Counted from the first letter of the stretch, positions 18,548-27,723 are shown. The stretch: 64,000 nucleotides of DNA from Alphaproteobacteria bacterium UBA2964 (GCA_905182615.1 CAJJCG010000018.1:14426-78425); one strand, 5' to 3'. Notes: a model not told the origin generated them from the letters alone. Program-made: numbers and translations.

Positions 18548-19085
18548 CTAAAGGCTACGCGTCCCTATCCAATCGATCAAGGTGAGGTCATTTCTGGATA
18601 AAAGCGGTGGCGGATTCAGCTTGGTCCGGTCGTCATTGTCGGGCCGCAACGTAATTTTTAGGGCTTCTTTATTCCGCCGCAACATGTTGTAAATTTTGTC
18701 CCATAGCCGTTTAATGCCGCGGATAATCCTGGGTAGCAACCAAATTGCCAGCGCTACAAAGATTACGAACAACACCAGGAAGATGGTGGGGTTGAGCGCG
18801 ACAAGCGTTAACCCCCCCAATCACCAGCCCATCTTCAATAACGGATGCCGTCCAGTTGGAAAATGGTTCAGGGGACGTGTTGATTAAAATCCGGGTGCCG
18901 GCTTTGACAGCATGACTGCCAGCGGCAACACTGCCGCCGAGACGGAAGGCGGCAAGCTGAATCTCAGGACTGACGTCGCTGACGGCGCCAGCGGCATAGA
19001 GACGCACCGGTCGGGATACGAATAAAGGTATGGAGCGTGTCCCACGTACTATCGACGCCGGGAATTTTGTCAGCAACGAACTCAA
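18548..19085 (-). pseudogene. Frameshifted, 5'-truncated membrane-protein gene (possibly DUF4126-like)
   Basis: Two overlapping ORFs join as ...SPEPFSNWTASVIEDGLVIGG|LTLVALNPTIFLVLFVIFVALAIWLL... if one G is removed from the G7 run (C7 on the + strand, 18812-18818). There is no ATG, and a stop lies just upstream of the TTG used by the track. Confidence 0.45.
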
Positions 19086-19161
19086 CGCAATACATGAAGC
19101 CAGCGGTGGCGTGGGCGTAGCCTTGATTTCACATTATAAAGTAAGCTCCGGGATTGGTGCT

Positions 19162-19572
19162 ATGGCAGATGGGAATAAGGGAATGAAAATACGGCATACG
19201 ATGATCCGCGTGGCGGATTTGCGGCGTTCTGTGGATTTTTACACGCAGCATTTGGGGATGGATTTGATGCGTGAGCGCACCAGTGAGGTGCGAGGGGAGC
19301 GTGTTGCTTATGTCGGCTATGGCGACGAAGACGGCAATCATGCACTGGAAATCGTGGAAATGATTGAGCCTCCTGCAGAGTATGTTCATGGTAATACCTA
19401 TGGCCATGTCGCACTTTTGGTGGCCAACGTGCAGGAGATGAGTGACCAGCTAAAAAGCGCTGGCGTCGAGTTTGCGCACGAGCCTCATCAAGTCCGGGCT
19501 AGTAATCCTAATATGATTGCGTTTATTAAAGATCCCGACGGCTACGAGATTGAGCTGACGGAGCGGCGATAG
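19162..19572 (+). CDS. gloA: Lactoylglutathione lyase (glyoxalase I), VOC superfamily
   Basis: IRHTMIRVADLRRSVDFYTQHLGM..., GHVALLV, FIKDPDGYEIEL. The start is trimmed to an internal ATG (19162, or 19183), because the track ORF has a non-homologous N-terminal extension. Confidence 0.85.
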   Translation: MADGNKGMKIRHTMIRVADLRRSVDFYTQHLGMDLMRERTSEVRGERVAYVGYGDEDGNHALEIVEMIEPPAEYVHGNTYGHVALLVANVQEMSDQLKSAGVEFAHEPHQVRASNPNMIAFIKDPDGYEIELTERR

Positions 19573-19587
19573 AGGGGCCTAGCTGGT

Positions 19588-19973
19588 CTATTCGCTGAGC
19601 TTGCCGTCCGAAAAAATTGCCCTCGAATTAAATATTTCGTCTAAAAGCGGAAAATTAGTGTCTTCATCGGGCGTCTCGCAGCTAAGAGGCCAACCGCAGC
19701 CGAAGAACCACTGTTCTGTCCTTGAGCTGTATCGCTGTAAATAAGCGGGCTCCCCCATGCCGCGATGATCTGTTCTTTGGTCATTCCCTTGCGCAACTCC
19801 ATGCGGCCGATAGCGCGCGCAATTGCGGTGTCTAGGGAAGAGTTTGATGCCAATTAGGACTGTACACGTTCCTTGGCTCGTGTGTGGTTGGTTTTGAGGC
19901 TCTCGCCGGTACAACCAGCGATGAGAACGTCAGCAATGGTCAGGATACAAATATTTCGATGTAAAACTGCCAT
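19588..19973 (-). pseudogene. Decayed lipoprotein gene (SmpA/OmlA/BamE-like domain)
   Basis: ATG at 19973 with GGAG 7 nt upstream. Lipobox LIAGC, then an in-frame TAA at 19854-19856. The domain GMTKEQIIAAWGSP continues in another frame as EQWFFGCGW..., so there is one nonsense codon plus one frameshift. Confidence 0.45.
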
Positions 19974-20068
19974 TTCGTCACTCCACGTTTCGTAAGTTTA
20001 TGCACCCTGATATGGGCCGCGTGAGGTGCAATTATAGGTCAAGCACAAAAATTTGAGCGGTCCACTGT

Positions 20069-20887
20069 CTAGGCGACCGGATTTTCGTCGAGGATTGTCA
20101 TACGTCTTAGCAGGCGCCGTTTCTCAGGGGCATAATGCTGGCGGGCATGGGCTGTGCAACGATTATCCCAAAGGACTAAATCATGAACCTGCCAGACATG
20201 CTCATAGATGTTGTGCGGGCTTTCGATAAGATCGAATAGATAGTTGAGAATTGCGTCGCTCTCTTCTTTTTCGACCTCGTTAATCCGGATCGTCATGAGC
20301 CTGTTTACATAGATCGTCTTCCGCCCTGTTTCGGGATGGGTACGGATCACCGGGTGTGAATGCTGCGGGGCATCGGGGTCAATTTCGTCCGGCCGAATAC
20401 TGGGGTTGGTCGCATAGTTGAAATAGTTGAGCGCGGTTTTGCCTTCGAGACGTTCTTTCCAATCATCACTCAATTGATCGTAGGCAGCGCAACAATTTGC
20501 GAAACTCGTATTGCCGCCGACATCGGGAATCTCGATTGAATACAAAGTGGACGCTTTGCAAGGCTGTTCGGCATAGGCCTGATCGCAGTGAAACATCATC
20601 TCGCCAAGTTGTACGGCGGTCGCGAGCTTGGGGTCGTCCTTGTTGGTGACGAACAGGAATTTCGAATCCGAATTTCTTGATGTAAGCCCGGCGATCTCAC
20701 CAAAGGTCTGGCAAAACCGTTCTTGCTCTTCTTCGGTGAGTTCTTGGCCACGCAGCAGCAGAACCATGTGGTCCTGCCATGCCTGTTTAAGGGCTTGTGT
20801 ATCGTCTGCCGAAAGTGCCTGCGTTAAATCGAGGCCGGAAACGATCGCGCCTGCTGCATCGGAAAGTTTTTCTACGTTTATTGCCAT
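20069..20887 (-). CDS. TauD/TfdA-family Fe(II)/2-oxoglutarate dioxygenase
   Basis: Typical N-terminus (AGAIVSGLDLTQ...LLLRGQELTEEEQERF), HCD facial-triad motif (MFHCDQAY), C-terminal WDNRCTAH. Confidence 0.85.
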   Translation of the reverse strand: MAINVEKLSDAAGAIVSGLDLTQALSADDTQALKQAWQDHMVLLLRGQELTEEEQERFCQTFGEIAGLTSRNSDSKFLFVTNKDDPKLATAVQLGEMMFHCDQAYAEQPCKASTLYSIEIPDVGGNTSFANCCAAYDQLSDDWKERLEGKTALNYFNYATNPSIRPDEIDPDAPQHSHPVIRTHPETGRKTIYVNRLMTIRINEVEKEESDAILNYLFDLIESPHNIYEHVWQVHDLVLWDNRCTAHARQHYAPEKRRLLRRMTILDENPVA

Positions 20888-20967
20888 GGTGCCTATTGCC
20901 GTGTTGGGTTTATCATTTGAATCGAACTTTTATGGGGCCCGCCTCGTGAAGAAACAGGGAGAGCCAG

Positions 20968-22026
20968 TTGGCTATTATAATTAGTGATGACGATGTGCGG
21001 AAGCACTTAACGATGGCTGAATGCATCGAGGCGATGGATGTTTGCTTTGGTGATTTTGCTCAAGGAAAGGCCAAGACCCTGCCAAGGGTCCGCTACCGTG
21101 TTGAATCACCAGCAGACCCCACGCGCGAATATTTTAGTAATGTTCACGTTGGGGCGGTCCCAAGTTATGGCATGGCCTGCGTTCGTGCAGGGTCCAATAT
21201 GCTGGTAAAGGGAGGCGCGCCGGGCCGTAAAACACAGGGTAGTTTAGATGCCACAAACTGGACCGTTATTATTCTGTATGATTTGAACACCGCAGAACCC
21301 GTCGCCTTTATGCATGAATCCTATATGAGCGGCGTACGGGTTGGCGCGACCACTGGCGTCGCTGTCGATAAAATTGCCCGCGACGATGTGACGGAACTCG
21401 GTCTTTTTGGCACCGGGCGGCAGGCGCAGGCCAATTGTGAAGCCATTTGTACAGCACGACCTTCGATCAAGCGCGTGAAGGTCTATAGCCCGACAAAGGA
21501 GAACCGGGAAGCTTTCCCAAGCTTGGTTCAATTGGAGGGCGTTGAGATTGTCCCCGTTGATAACTCGGACGAGGTTGTTGTTGGCGCAGATATCGTCTGC
21601 TCTATGACGAATTCAACGACGCCGACATTTGACGGAAACCTTCTGGTGCCTGGTCAGTTGGTCATCTCCGTGGCGAATTCGGACGTGACGCTTAAACGCC
21701 ATGAGGTGGATGAAACCACGTTCACGCGAGCGTCTGATATCGTTATCAATGATTGGGAAAGTGTCGTGTCGAACCGGCAGACCGAACTCCTTGATCTGAT
21801 TGAGAAGGGTACGGTTGACCAGGATTGCATCGTCGAACTTGGAATGCTCTGCACGGGAGAGGCCACGGTCAAGCAAACCAACGAGAATATTGTTTACTAC
21901 AAGAATAATACGGGGCTCGGGATGCAATTCGCAGCAGCAGGCGCTGTAGTCTACAACAAGATGAAGGGCGATGACACCAATCGGGTTGTTCCGCGGGAGT
22001 GGTTGGCTGCCGAGGAATATGCCTAA
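20968..22026 (+). CDS. Ornithine cyclodeaminase / mu-crystallin family protein
   Basis: OCD/CRYM-like organisation with the Rossmann segment LGLFGTGRQA. About 350 aa. Confidence 0.8.
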   Translation: MAIIISDDDVRKHLTMAECIEAMDVCFGDFAQGKAKTLPRVRYRVESPADPTREYFSNVHVGAVPSYGMACVRAGSNMLVKGGAPGRKTQGSLDATNWTVIILYDLNTAEPVAFMHESYMSGVRVGATTGVAVDKIARDDVTELGLFGTGRQAQANCEAICTARPSIKRVKVYSPTKENREAFPSLVQLEGVEIVPVDNSDEVVVGADIVCSMTNSTTPTFDGNLLVPGQLVISVANSDVTLKRHEVDETTFTRASDIVINDWESVVSNRQTELLDLIEKGTVDQDCIVELGMLCTGEATVKQTNENIVYYKNNTGLGMQFAAAGAVVYNKMKGDDTNRVVPREWLAAEEYA

Positions 22027-22042
22027 CGCCAGGAGGCAGGAT

Positions 22043-23032
22043 ATGCAGTATCGCGAATTCGGCCATTCCGGCATCAAGCTGTCCCGTATAGGGCTTGGTT
22101 GTTTCAGTATGTCGGGCGCGTACGGGGCTGCAGATGATGCCGAATCTATCGCGACAATCCATCAGGCAATGGAACGCGGCGTCAATCTTTTGGATACGTC
22201 AGCCCGCTATGGTGGTGGTCATAATCACCGGTTGATTGGCGAAGCGATAAAGGGACGCCGGGATAAGGTCTTTATCCATTCAAAGACCGGCACCATCCGG
22301 GATGACAACGATCGCAGCGTTGCGGCCGGCAGTGGTACGCCGGATCGATTGCGGGAAATTTGCGAACTTAGTCTTAAAAACCTTGGCATCGATTATCTTG
22401 ATGCGATGTGCCAGTCGCGGGTCGACCCGACGATTCCAATCGAGGAATCGGTGGGCGCGGTTTCCCGACTAGTCGAAGAAGGCAAGGTTCGCTTTATTGG
22501 TCTGTCGGAAGCGGCGCCGAATACGGTACGCGGGGCTGCCAAAGCTCATCCTATTGTCTCGTTACAGTTTGAGTATTCTTTGTGGACCCGCGATGTTGAA
22601 GACGGACATCGGGATACCTGTGATGACCTTGGCATGGCGCTGATGGCCTATGCACCGCTTGGCTATGGTTTTCTAGCTGGGGTTGTTGATAAAGCCGGGT
22701 CGCAGTCGGGTGATGACATACGCGGCAAGTTCCCACGGTTTTTCGAAGAAAATTTCGACGCCAATCGCCAACGGGTTAAGCAGCTTGAGGCGTTCGCGGT
22801 CGATAAAGGCGTGACGGCCGCGCAAATAGCGATCGCCTGGGTCCTCGCACAAAACGATAATGTGTTTCCGATTCCTGGCTGCAAAAGTAGAAAGCATCTC
22901 GACGAGAATCTCGACGCGGTTGATGTTGATTTGACACCTGATGATCTTGTGCGGCTTGATGAGATGTTTCCAAAAGATGTTGCGGCTGGTACGCGCTATC
23001 CGCCCGGTGGCATGCAGCGGGTAAATTTGTGA
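22043..23032 (+). CDS. Aldo/keto reductase
   Basis: MQYREFGHSGIKLSRIGLGC..., LLDTSARYG, IGLSEA, IPGCKSRKHLDEN. AGGAGG Shine-Dalgarno 6 nt upstream of the ATG at 22043. Confidence 0.9.
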   Translation: MQYREFGHSGIKLSRIGLGCFSMSGAYGAADDAESIATIHQAMERGVNLLDTSARYGGGHNHRLIGEAIKGRRDKVFIHSKTGTIRDDNDRSVAAGSGTPDRLREICELSLKNLGIDYLDAMCQSRVDPTIPIEESVGAVSRLVEEGKVRFIGLSEAAPNTVRGAAKAHPIVSLQFEYSLWTRDVEDGHRDTCDDLGMALMAYAPLGYGFLAGVVDKAGSQSGDDIRGKFPRFFEENFDANRQRVKQLEAFAVDKGVTAAQIAIAWVLAQNDNVFPIPGCKSRKHLDENLDAVDVDLTPDDLVRLDEMFPKDVAAGTRYPPGGMQRVNL

Positions 23033-23066
23033 AGCGTCGCTAAATTAAGCGCTAACTGGGAGCAGT

Positions 23067-23645
23067 ATGATGGGGCAATATTCGGTACCCGCTTTTAATA
23101 AGTTCATTGCGGATCTGCAGGCGCATTTCGCTAAAAATCTCCCTGAGACCGAACAATGGGAAGGTGTCCAACCTTTTCTAAAGGCACTAATCGACGACGA
23201 ACAGCTTCGGGAAGTGTCAAAGAGTTGGGAACGGAAAAAGGGCAGGGAGTACATCCTGCATCATGACGCTGAATATGACTTCTTTGTTGGGGCGTTGGTC
23301 CGCGAGCCGAAACACATGGCCAATGCTCATGATCACGGACCGACCTGGACGATCTACGGTGTTCTCGATGGTGAGGAAGTGACCCATGTCTATGACCGGG
23401 TTGATGACGGCAGCAAGCCTGGCTTTGCGAAGTTAAAATTGAAAGTTCGGTCGGAAGCACCGACCGGCACTGTTGACGTCGTGCCGCCGCACATTCCGCA
23501 TGCCGAGAATGGCGCGAGTCCTCGGTCAGTGGCCATTACGGTCAGGACGACCAAGCCAGGCAGCTATGATCAGATTATGTTCAACCTCAAAACTGGGAAA
23601 ACGGGAACATCCCGTGGATTAGAATTGGTGCCGCTTGCGGTTTAG
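23067..23645 (+). CDS. Cupin-fold protein, cysteine-dioxygenase-type-I-like (putative thiol dioxygenase)
   Basis: ANAHDHGPTWTIYGVLDGEEVTHVY matches the CDO-like HxH...W...GVL.G pattern, with a later His in PPHIPHAENG. Assignment is from motif memory. Confidence 0.55.
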   Translation: MMGQYSVPAFNKFIADLQAHFAKNLPETEQWEGVQPFLKALIDDEQLREVSKSWERKKGREYILHHDAEYDFFVGALVREPKHMANAHDHGPTWTIYGVLDGEEVTHVYDRVDDGSKPGFAKLKLKVRSEAPTGTVDVVPPHIPHAENGASPRSVAITVRTTKPGSYDQIMFNLKTGKTGTSRGLELVPLAV

Positions 23646-23666
23646 GGCCAGAAAGAGAGGCCATTT

Positions 23667-24404
23667 ATGAACGATGGACAGATACACGGGCATCGGGCGC
23701 GCATTGGCTACACGGTGGCCGCGGTCACTACTGAAATCTATCCGGTAGACTGGTATCGCGTCGTTCCTGACGGGGTGTCGCTCATGATGATCACTCTGCC
23801 GCTTGGCGAGCGGTCTCCGGAAGATGTTGAGAAGTGCTATCAAATTTCCATTGAGTCAGCGCATACCATGGCGCGGGCGGGTGCAGATTTGGTCCTGCTG
23901 GGAGGGTTGCCGATCAATATCTCCAAGGGCGATGACACCGTCGATACGCTTATGCAGAAGCTGGAGAGCGAAATTGGTGTGAAGATGTCATGCTCGGCGT
24001 TGGCTCAGGTCAATGCCTTTGCCGCGCTTGGGGCGCAAAAAGTTTGTATCGTCCATCCATTTTTAGATGATCAGAGTCCCCGCCACAGCAGCCATATGAG
24101 TGGGTTTTTCGGGCTGGATCCGACCGGTGTGTATGCCGGTGGTTCAAGCCTCGTCGCCCTCGGTACTTTGCCGCCGGGTCGGGCGCTTGAATGGGGGCGA
24201 GCAGCGATGACAGCCAACCCAGATTCGGACACGCTTTACTTTGGCTGTCCGCACTGGACAGTAATCGATGCCATTCAGCCACTCGAAGAAGAGTTTGGCA
24301 TCAGCGTTATGACGTCATTACAGGCAATCGCCTGGGAATCTATGCGAAAGACTGGCATCGATGACCGGATCAAGGGTTTTGGCCGATTGCTCAGCGAGTT
24401 TTAA
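23667..24404 (+). CDS. Asp/Glu-racemase-superfamily protein (maleate isomerase / arylmalonate decarboxylase-like)
   Basis: About 245 aa, RIGYTV...TTEIYPVDWYRVVPDGVSLMM..., a two-lobed pattern with Cys in the second half (YFGCPHWT). Confidence 0.65.
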   Translation: MNDGQIHGHRARIGYTVAAVTTEIYPVDWYRVVPDGVSLMMITLPLGERSPEDVEKCYQISIESAHTMARAGADLVLLGGLPINISKGDDTVDTLMQKLESEIGVKMSCSALAQVNAFAALGAQKVCIVHPFLDDQSPRHSSHMSGFFGLDPTGVYAGGSSLVALGTLPPGRALEWGRAAMTANPDSDTLYFGCPHWTVIDAIQPLEEEFGISVMTSLQAIAWESMRKTGIDDRIKGFGRLLSEF

Positions 24405-24459
24405 ACTTCGTATGATGCAGGGTTATAGAACCTTCGATTAAAAACACCGAGAAATACAA

Positions 24460-25350
24460 ATGGCAGATTTAACCTCACCCGGTATTTCAGTTTCCCGTCG
24501 CGAAGACGGGATTGGGGCGGAAGTATCTGGCGTTAATTTGTCTTTGCCTCTGAGCAGCGAGGCGTTTGCGGCAATCAACGAGGGCTTTGAGCGATATCGC
24601 CTTCTTGTATTTTGCAAGCAGGATCTGTCGGTCAAACAGCAGGTCGAGTTCAGCGAGCGGTTTGGTCGTCTTGAAAAATTCCCTGATCCCAAGGATCAGG
24701 CAGAAGGCTACGAGACCGTTCTTCGAGTCTCCAATATCGAACGGGAGTCCGGTAACATCAAACCGGTCGATGACCCCGGCCATAAATCGTTCACGCTTGG
24801 GACGTCCTCCTGGCATATCGATAGCTCGTTCAGAACACTGCCGTCCCGGGCCTCTATGTTATACGGCAAAGAGATTCCGGCGGCGGGCGGTGACACCATG
24901 TTTGCTGACACGACACGCGCCTATGATGCTTTGCCTGAAAACCAGCGCGCCGAACTCCATGGTATGACAGTTATTCATGATTTTGAGGAAACCCGTCGCC
25001 GCCATAATCTGCCGCCGCGATCAGCAGAGGTGCAGGCGGCAACACCATCGGCCCGGCATCCGCTGGTCACCGAACGTGAGAATGGACGGCGGGCACTCTT
25101 TATCGGCTCGCATGCGGCGGGCATTGATGGACTGACCTATGACGAAGCTCGCGCGCTTATCGATGAACTGGAGGCATTGGCTAACGCGCCTGATTGCACC
25201 TATCGCCACAAATGGCATAGCGGGGATTTGGTGATGTTCGACAATATCTGCGTGATGCACCAGGCCTTGCCCTACGACCTCGTCAATACCCGCCGCCTTT
25301 TGCACCGAACGACTGTCGCCGGTGAAAAGCCGCTTGCCAGGGTTGGCTAA
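24460..25350 (+). CDS. TauD/TfdA-family Fe(II)/2-oxoglutarate dioxygenase (second copy)
   Basis: WHIDSSF (HxD), GGDTMFAD, DNICVMHQA, RRLLHRTTV. Confidence 0.85.
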   Translation: MADLTSPGISVSRREDGIGAEVSGVNLSLPLSSEAFAAINEGFERYRLLVFCKQDLSVKQQVEFSERFGRLEKFPDPKDQAEGYETVLRVSNIERESGNIKPVDDPGHKSFTLGTSSWHIDSSFRTLPSRASMLYGKEIPAAGGDTMFADTTRAYDALPENQRAELHGMTVIHDFEETRRRHNLPPRSAEVQAATPSARHPLVTERENGRRALFIGSHAAGIDGLTYDEARALIDELEALANAPDCTYRHKWHSGDLVMFDNICVMHQALPYDLVNTRRLLHRTTVAGEKPLARVG

Positions 25351-25390
25351 GAGGTCTGACGACGATCTAATAGTGAATGTGGGGAATAAC

Positions 25391-25467
25391 TGGTCGGAGT
25401 GAGAAGATTCGAACTTCCGGCCCCCGCCTCCCGAAGGCGGTACTCTACCAGGCTGAGCTACACTCCG
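25391..25467 (-). tRNA. tRNA-Pro (anticodon CGG), CCA encoded
   Basis: The reverse complement folds as a cloverleaf: CGGAGTG-TA-GCTC-AGCCTGGTA-GAGT-A-CCGCC-TTCGGGA-GGCGG-GGGCC-GGAAG-TTCGAAT-CTTCT-CACTCCG-ACCA. 77 nt, 7-bp acceptor stem, anticodon loop UUCGGGA. Confidence 0.9.
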
Positions 25468-25557
25468 ACCGCAGCGGAATTTATAGCCCCGCAAACAGGG
25501 AACCGCAAGCGCAGGCACCGCTTGCGCGCATTTATCCTTTTTGGATTGTCTTGGAAA

Positions 25558-26625
25558 TTAGTAAGAGCGCTCGACCGAGAATTTGGCGGCTTCGGCCAGG
25601 GCGGCTTTGTGTTCACTATCGGGGAAGATCGACAGCGCGTCCAAAGCCTTGCGGCTATAATCACGGGCGCGTTCGATGGTCGCGAGCAGGGCGCCTGATT
25701 TCTCGAGGTATTGAACGGCGCGTTTGAAGTCGCCCTTTTTTTGTTCAAGGTCCTCAAGGGTCCGACGCCAGAAAGTGCGTTCTTCCTCGTCACCCGCCCG
25801 GAAGGCGAGGACAATTGGCAGGGTAATCTTGCCATCGCGGAAATCATCACCGACAGCCTTACCCAAAGTTGTCTGCTGAGCCGAATAATCCAGAACATCG
25901 TCAATCAACTGAAAAGCCATGCCGATGTGATCACCATAGGTTTCGAGAGCTAGTCGCTCTTCGACAGGCCGGTCAGAAACGACGGCGCCGATTTCGGCGG
26001 CAGCGGCAAATAGTTTCGCGGTCTTCGCTTGAATGACTTCGAGATAATTCTGCTCCGTCGTGTCGGTGTCATTGGCGGTAACCAGCTGATGTACTTCTCC
26101 CTCGGCAATGACCGATGAGGCGCGTGACAGGATTTTAAGAACTTCCAGCGAACCGTCAGCAACCATCAATTCGAAGGCGCGGGAAAAAAGGAAATCGCCA
26201 ACCAGGACAGAGGCTTTATTGCCCCACACCGCATTTGCGGTTGCTGCGCCGCGCCGGAGATCGCTTTCATCAACGACATCGTCATGCAGCAATGTGGCGG
26301 TATGAATAAATTCGACGCAGGCGGCCAGACCGACATGGCGGGATTCTGTGTAGCCGCAAAGTCGGGCCGAACTCAGGGTTAACATGGGGCGCAGGCGTTT
26401 TCCGCCGGCGGCGATGATGTGGCCTGCGAGCTGCGGTATGAGCAGGACAGGGCTTTGCATTTGTTCGAGGATAACCTCGTTGACACCCTTAAGGTCGTCG
26501 GCGGTTAATGCAATTATCCGGTCAAGCGTGGGCGGCTTTTGCGCGTCTCGCTTGTCATTCAGATCGACGACAACTGTCACGTTTTTCTCTTCAACCTTGA
26601 TCCTGGGAGCCTTAAAGGCGAGCAT
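25558..26625 (-). CDS. ispB: All-trans polyprenyl-diphosphate synthase (octa/decaprenyl type)
   Basis: GGKRLRP, first DDxxD block LLHDDVVDESDLRRG, second block DDVLD, KTAKLF. The exact start is uncertain. Confidence 0.85.
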   Translation of the reverse strand: MLAFKAPRIKVEEKNVTVVVDLNDKRDAQKPPTLDRIIALTADDLKGVNEVILEQMQSPVLLIPQLAGHIIAAGGKRLRPMLTLSSARLCGYTESRHVGLAACVEFIHTATLLHDDVVDESDLRRGAATANAVWGNKASVLVGDFLFSRAFELMVADGSLEVLKILSRASSVIAEGEVHQLVTANDTDTTEQNYLEVIQAKTAKLFAAAAEIGAVVSDRPVEERLALETYGDHIGMAFQLIDDVLDYSAQQTTLGKAVGDDFRDGKITLPIVLAFRAGDEEERTFWRRTLEDLEQKKGDFKRAVQYLEKSGALLATIERARDYSRKALDALSIFPDSEHKAALAEAAKFSVERSY

Positions 26626-26722
26626 AGAACAACCGGGTATAGCGTCAAGCGACCTAATAGGTTGATGTCAAATAGTCGCACCTGAGATGTGGCCAGAAAC
26701 TTCGTCTGATTTGGAATAAAAT

Positions 26723-26941
26723 ATGAAGGAACTTGTACGCTCTAACGATCCGGTGCTTCTTGACTGGTTGCAGGTCCTGCTGCGTGACTTTGGTATCGAA
26801 ACCGTCGTTTTTGACGCTCATATGAGTATTCTGGAAGGCAGCGCTGGTGCTATTCAGCGCCGCCTCATGGTTTTGGACGAAGATTTTGATGCGGCACGTG
26901 CGCGGGTCACCGATGCCGGAGAAGGTCACCAGCTTGCCTGA
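26723..26941 (+). CDS. DUF2007-domain small protein
   Basis: MKELVRSNDPVLLDWLQVLLRDFGIETVVFDAHMSILEGS...RLMVLDEDFDAAR fits the DUF2007 pattern, and the position next to ispB is typical. Confidence 0.6.
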   Translation: MKELVRSNDPVLLDWLQVLLRDFGIETVVFDAHMSILEGSAGAIQRRLMVLDEDFDAARARVTDAGEGHQLA

Positions 26942-27683
26942 GCAGGTGAAAGGAGTTCTGACAGAAGACGCGATGCTCGGTGGCAAAATCCGTCTGCAAC
27001 AACCCAAAGAAGGCTTTCGGGCGGCAATCGATACAGTTTTTTTGGCGGCAGCCGTTCCTGCTAAGGCTGGTCAGTGCGTTTTGGAAGCTGGTACAGGGTC
27101 AGGCGCCGCTGCACTCTGTCTGGCGCACCGTGTCGAGGGTGTAAAAATTACTGGCATCGACGTAAACCCTAGGATGGTTTTATTGGCAGATGCCAATATT
27201 CAATTGAACCGGGAGGCCGAAACAATTCGCGTCGCCGTTGGTGATGTCGCGGGTCGTTTGCCTGAAGACTTCGATGCGGCTTTCGATCATGTCATGATGA
27301 ACCCGCCTTATCTTCCCGATACATCTACTCACGTGTCTCCGAACCCGGACAGGGCTCTCGCGACGGTAGAGTCGGGGGCAGACTTAAAGCGTTGGCTGAA
27401 ATATGGACATGATGCTCTGCGGAGTAAGGGGTATCTAACGGTAATCCACCGGGCTGACCGGCTTGATGAGGTGATCCAGTCTCTTTCCCCAAATATGGCC
27501 GGTATTGCTGTATTGCCGTTGTGGCCACGCGATGGGGAAGAAGCGAAACGCGTCATCGTTCAGGCCCGCAAAGGGGTTCGCAGCCCCGCTCGAATTTTAC
27601 CGGGCTTGGTCATTCATGAAGCAGATGGCAGCTATACAGAGGCTGCGGCCGCGGTACTAAAAGGTATGCATCTGTCGCTTTGA
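26913..27683 (+). CDS. SAM-dependent N6-adenine-type methyltransferase (TrmN6/YfiC-like)
   Basis: SAM motif VLEAGTGSGAAAL and catalytic NPPY (MMNPPYL). Start uncertain: the ATG at 26913 overlaps the DUF2007 gene end, and the track start at 26847 is less likely. Confidence 0.8.
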   Translation: MPEKVTSLPEQVKGVLTEDAMLGGKIRLQQPKEGFRAAIDTVFLAAAVPAKAGQCVLEAGTGSGAAALCLAHRVEGVKITGIDVNPRMVLLADANIQLNREAETIRVAVGDVAGRLPEDFDAAFDHVMMNPPYLPDTSTHVSPNPDRALATVESGADLKRWLKYGHDALRSKGYLTVIHRADRLDEVIQSLSPNMAGIAVLPLWPRDGEEAKRVIVQARKGVRSPARILPGLVIHEADGSYTEAAAAVLKGMHLSL

Positions 27684-27723
27684 GACGCTTGGCAGCGGGC
27701 GACCGGATGCTTATGTTCCATCC

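Noticed and set aside
20069-25467. Considered whether the TauD/OCD/AKR/cupin cluster is a genomic island integrated at the 3' end of tRNA-Pro (25391-25467).
   Set aside because: The orientation is compatible, since the tRNA 3' end faces the cluster. However, I found no integrase and could not find a direct repeat of the tRNA 3' end by eye. This is only a position effect until a repeat search and comparative synteny are done.
25504-25526. 8-bp hairpin CGCAAGCG-caggcac-CGCTTGCG between ispB and tRNA-Pro, considered as a possible terminator.
   Set aside because: The T-run lies only on the + strand and several nt away, while both flanking genes are on the - strand. It may be a weak ispB terminator or a processing signal, but I cannot support a confident call.
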